A stretch of DNA of 64,000 nucleotides from Diadema antillarum (lineage: Eukaryota): positions 310,001 to 374,000 of the forward strand of contig NW_027271922.1 of assembly GCF_040938485.1 (NCBI RefSeq), given 5' to 3'. Position numbers and translations under genes: made by a program. Each line of letters begins with the position of its first letter. The first letter of the stretch is position 1. This document shows positions 60,985-64,000 of this stretch, piece by piece. A model generated the notes under the pieces. The model made no database searches, was not told where the DNA came from, and saw only the letters and a program-made list of their open reading frames with translations.

Positions 60985-63783
60985 ATGGATAGTAAGTAAG
61001 ATGACAGCTTATCATGCTTTCATCAATCTATTGTTTTCGTATGATCCAGCGAACGACAGCTGGTCATTTTAATCAGTTTCCAGGTTTCAAATGTGTATCT
61101 TTATCACTAAGTGTTAATATTTAAATGGATATTAATGGGTAGGCCTAACTAATAAAAAAAATATCAGTGATCATTCATCATCATGATCATGTTCATGTTC
61201 ATTGATCACGGTGATCATTGGCCCCGTCGCGGGGCGCTGTAACACAGTAACGGTCCGTATTTGTCCGTATGGGGTCGCTGCTGCGGTTAGGTGATCATGG
61301 ACATGGTGATGGAGAGCCTAGGTCTAGCTCTAGCTTCGTACATATTTGTACGTAAGCTAGATCTAAATTTAACCAGTTTTGCTCTAGCTAGTTGAGTAGT
61401 AGGAATCCTACCGTACTAGAAACATAGTAGACTAGTTCTAGTTGTCGAGAAGTTAGTTGGCCTAACGTTAGAAAATTTAAATTACCAGTAGACGTCTACC
61501 GTCCAGAGGCAGAGTGTCTGTAAACCAAAAAAGCTCTAACAGTTAGGCTAGTAAATTTAAGTCAACATCACCTGATCGAATAAGACTGTACGTTTTTTTC
61601 TGTCTATGCTTGTTAATTATCAGTTTTTACATGTCGTACGTTGTACGTCGTGTCAGTGTAATCCACTTGATATGGCATTCTATGGAGGAAAAGGGTTGTT
61701 AAGGGGAAGTAAATTATAATTTTCTAGACAAATTTGATGATAAATTGAAATGGCAATGGCAGCTTCAGGCTCAATAAAAGATCAATTAGATCTAGAACTA
61801 CATAAATAGGCGTTACAGCTACATGTAGATATCTATTAGAACCTAGGACCTAGGCCTACTTGCACAATTAGGGCCTAGATGTCAAACATGTATGATTGAG
61901 GGTACCACCTATCGTCGCCCTAAGGATCTGCAGCTTATTTATTCCAAAAGTATTCTGGAACAAATTTGCCTATGTCTTGCCTTAAATATGCCATAAATAT
62001 ACTGCAGTTTCAAATATCGTGATCGTCCTGTTGATTCTGAATCTCTGTAGTGAAATTACGCCATTTTAGTATGTGCGATGCATTTTCTTTGCACAGCTGA
62101 AAAGGGTACCTCAACATCAGCACCCCCTCCCTCCATAGGTAATGTGAATTTCACAGTCATGCATCGTGTTCACAATTTACTAAGTGCATGTGTAGCTGAA
62201 CCGTATTCAGTTTAGTTTGTTAGTTTGCTTATGAGTTTATTTTTCGTGTCTTTGTTATCATTTTCATAACTTATTGCGCATAATCCCACACATACTTTCT
62301 TGTTCTACGCTAACAGCTATGATATGCAGGGTGCCGACATTAAGGTACCCTGCCGGTACGTGGTACCCTTACCATACAGACTACAGTAGCACTATGTAAG
62401 TGATTTACCCATCGTCTGGATATTATCTATAAATAGGTACAGTTGATATTGTATCTACAGTGCTGTGGCATGGTATAACTTAAGGTCTAGTGTTTTTGTG
62501 AGTGTGACTTAGTGTTGATCATTTAGAAAGAACGGTCTGTCTATCTTGTTGTTAGGGATGTGTTCCATACTTTGTACATGCTGTAGAGATGACATTGTAT
62601 GTCTGGCTTCATGGAATCGCCTCAAAAATTTATTTTAAAAAGAAAAAAATATTTATGAGGGTGAATGCTAACCTATTTGAGTTGCATTTAGATGTTGGTT
62701 TTATCGTAGAAGGTCAGCTTGTGCAATTGAATGGTGTAGAGTCAGTGCACCTGTGATTCTGACATTTTCTTAAATATAAACTGAGGAGATGCAATCAAGT
62801 GTTGAACACGGACTCTGTTGTCACTTTTCTAAAAAGTAATAATTTTTGAAACCATATTGATGTAATGGTAAAAAATATGTTACATTACCATGTACATGTA
62901 GTTTTATAAGTTTTGTGAATGGTAATACATGTGTACATGTCCAACATATGTTTAGCTCTCTTGAATGTTTCTACAGATAAATGGCACTGTATAAATGCTG
63001 TTTCATTATCATCATTATCAAAAGGATAATCGTACAAGCTGCTACCATGAATGATCATTCCAATGTGTGTGTGTGTCTTTTTTTTGTGGAAGAGGGGGCA
63101 AATATGTGGCTTAGAGCACAAATCTCACATTTAATAAAATCAGTAGGCAAAGAGAACTGTCATTAATACATGTGTGAACACCCTGGTGGTTGAAATTTCC
63201 TTCATTAGAGGTCATTTCTCCAGTCAAACCAGTATTGAAAATTGTTTTGAAGCACACAGGCAGGGGGATGGAGTTAGAATTTCTGAATGCCATCCAGCTG
63301 CATACTACATAATGGGAGTCTGTTTAAGACAGGGATGGGATACAAGCTCTTCAGGTTTTACAAGAACAATGAAACCATTCACAACAACCACACTTTCACA
63401 ACCACCCAAGCAATAACCTGGCTGGAGGGTACTTCCCTAATTACCCCTCCTGGCCATTCAAGAGCAGGCCAATAAGTTGCCCTTCATTATTGGAGTAGGG
63501 ATAATTGGCTGTAGTGTAATTGTTCCAGTAGGTTATTGTTCTGCAAGGAGACTGGTAAATTGGATCATTAGTTTTGGGATGGGCAAAGGGAATAGTAGGC
63601 TTGGAACCCTATAACCAAGTGTTATTTGTTGAAATTATTTTTCATCATCATTTTTTTTTTTTTTTTTTGCTTTGTTTTATTCCAGTTGCTGATCCTCACT
63701 TGGATCCAGACCATTTCTTCACTGCCCCATTTGACAGTGAAAATTTTGGTCCCTCTACAAGCAAACTGCAACATTTGATGCAG
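60985..63783 (+). CDS. 5' part of an unidentified gene (exons 60985-60991 and 63686-63783; continues beyond window)
   Basis: aaaaATGGATA|gtaagt is phase 1 and joins ttccag|TTGCTGAT...ATGCAG|gtaagc, giving MDIADPHLDPDHFFTAPFDSENFGPSTSKLQHLMQ; intermediate exons cannot be excluded. Confidence 0.65.
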
Positions 63784-64000
63784 GTAAGCCCAATCTTTTA
63801 CCATGTTGTGTCCCTGTCTCAAGCATTATATAAAGTTATGCCATATGTTCTCTTGGATAATTCATGCTGCTTAACCCCATTTGGAACTAGTGGGTGCTTT
63901 ATGAGACCTCTTCCAATGACTTGAATTGTAGCCTTTGCACCTCAAGCATCTTCAGCACCATTAAAAAGCAACAACAAAGACTATGTTGAAAGATTAGATG

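Noticed and set aside
1-64000. tRNA, rRNA or tRNA-derived SINE
   Set aside because: No cloverleaf, A/B-box pair or rRNA signature was seen by eye; tRNAscan-SE or Infernal would be needed to exclude them formally.

Overview
Eukaryotic, AT-rich, intron-containing animal DNA; the repeat spectrum is most consistent with an echinoderm such as a sea urchin (inference). The supplied ORF track is mostly noise, because real genes here are split into short exons that I reconstructed by hand from GT-AG sites and phase continuity. Genes: (1) the last exon of an ACSF2-like acyl-CoA synthetase on + (636-755); (2) a complete, divergent 13-coding-exon ACSF2-like paralog on - (33198 to 8255, 606 aa), tail-to-tail with the first; (3) a candidate + strand gene at about 34300-37740 whose last exon is open in two overlapping frames; (4) a complete 5-exon SUMO-family gene on - (57031 to 48186, 92 aa); (5) the first two coding exons of an unidentified + gene (60985, 63686). 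Mobile DNA: a full-length RTE-clade LINE with a 12-bp TSD, nested in an older L2/CR1 LINE, whose 5' end folds into a candidate HDV-like (delta) ribozyme; further L2/CR1 and R2/HERO-like LINE fragments; a Harbinger derivative with a MADF remnant and palindromic 10-mer arrays; Kolobok-type (TTAA) and TA-target MITEs; and two Helentron-type (HINE) elements, one holding a nascent higher-order satellite. No rRNA, tRNA or CRISPR was seen. No database search or folding program was run.
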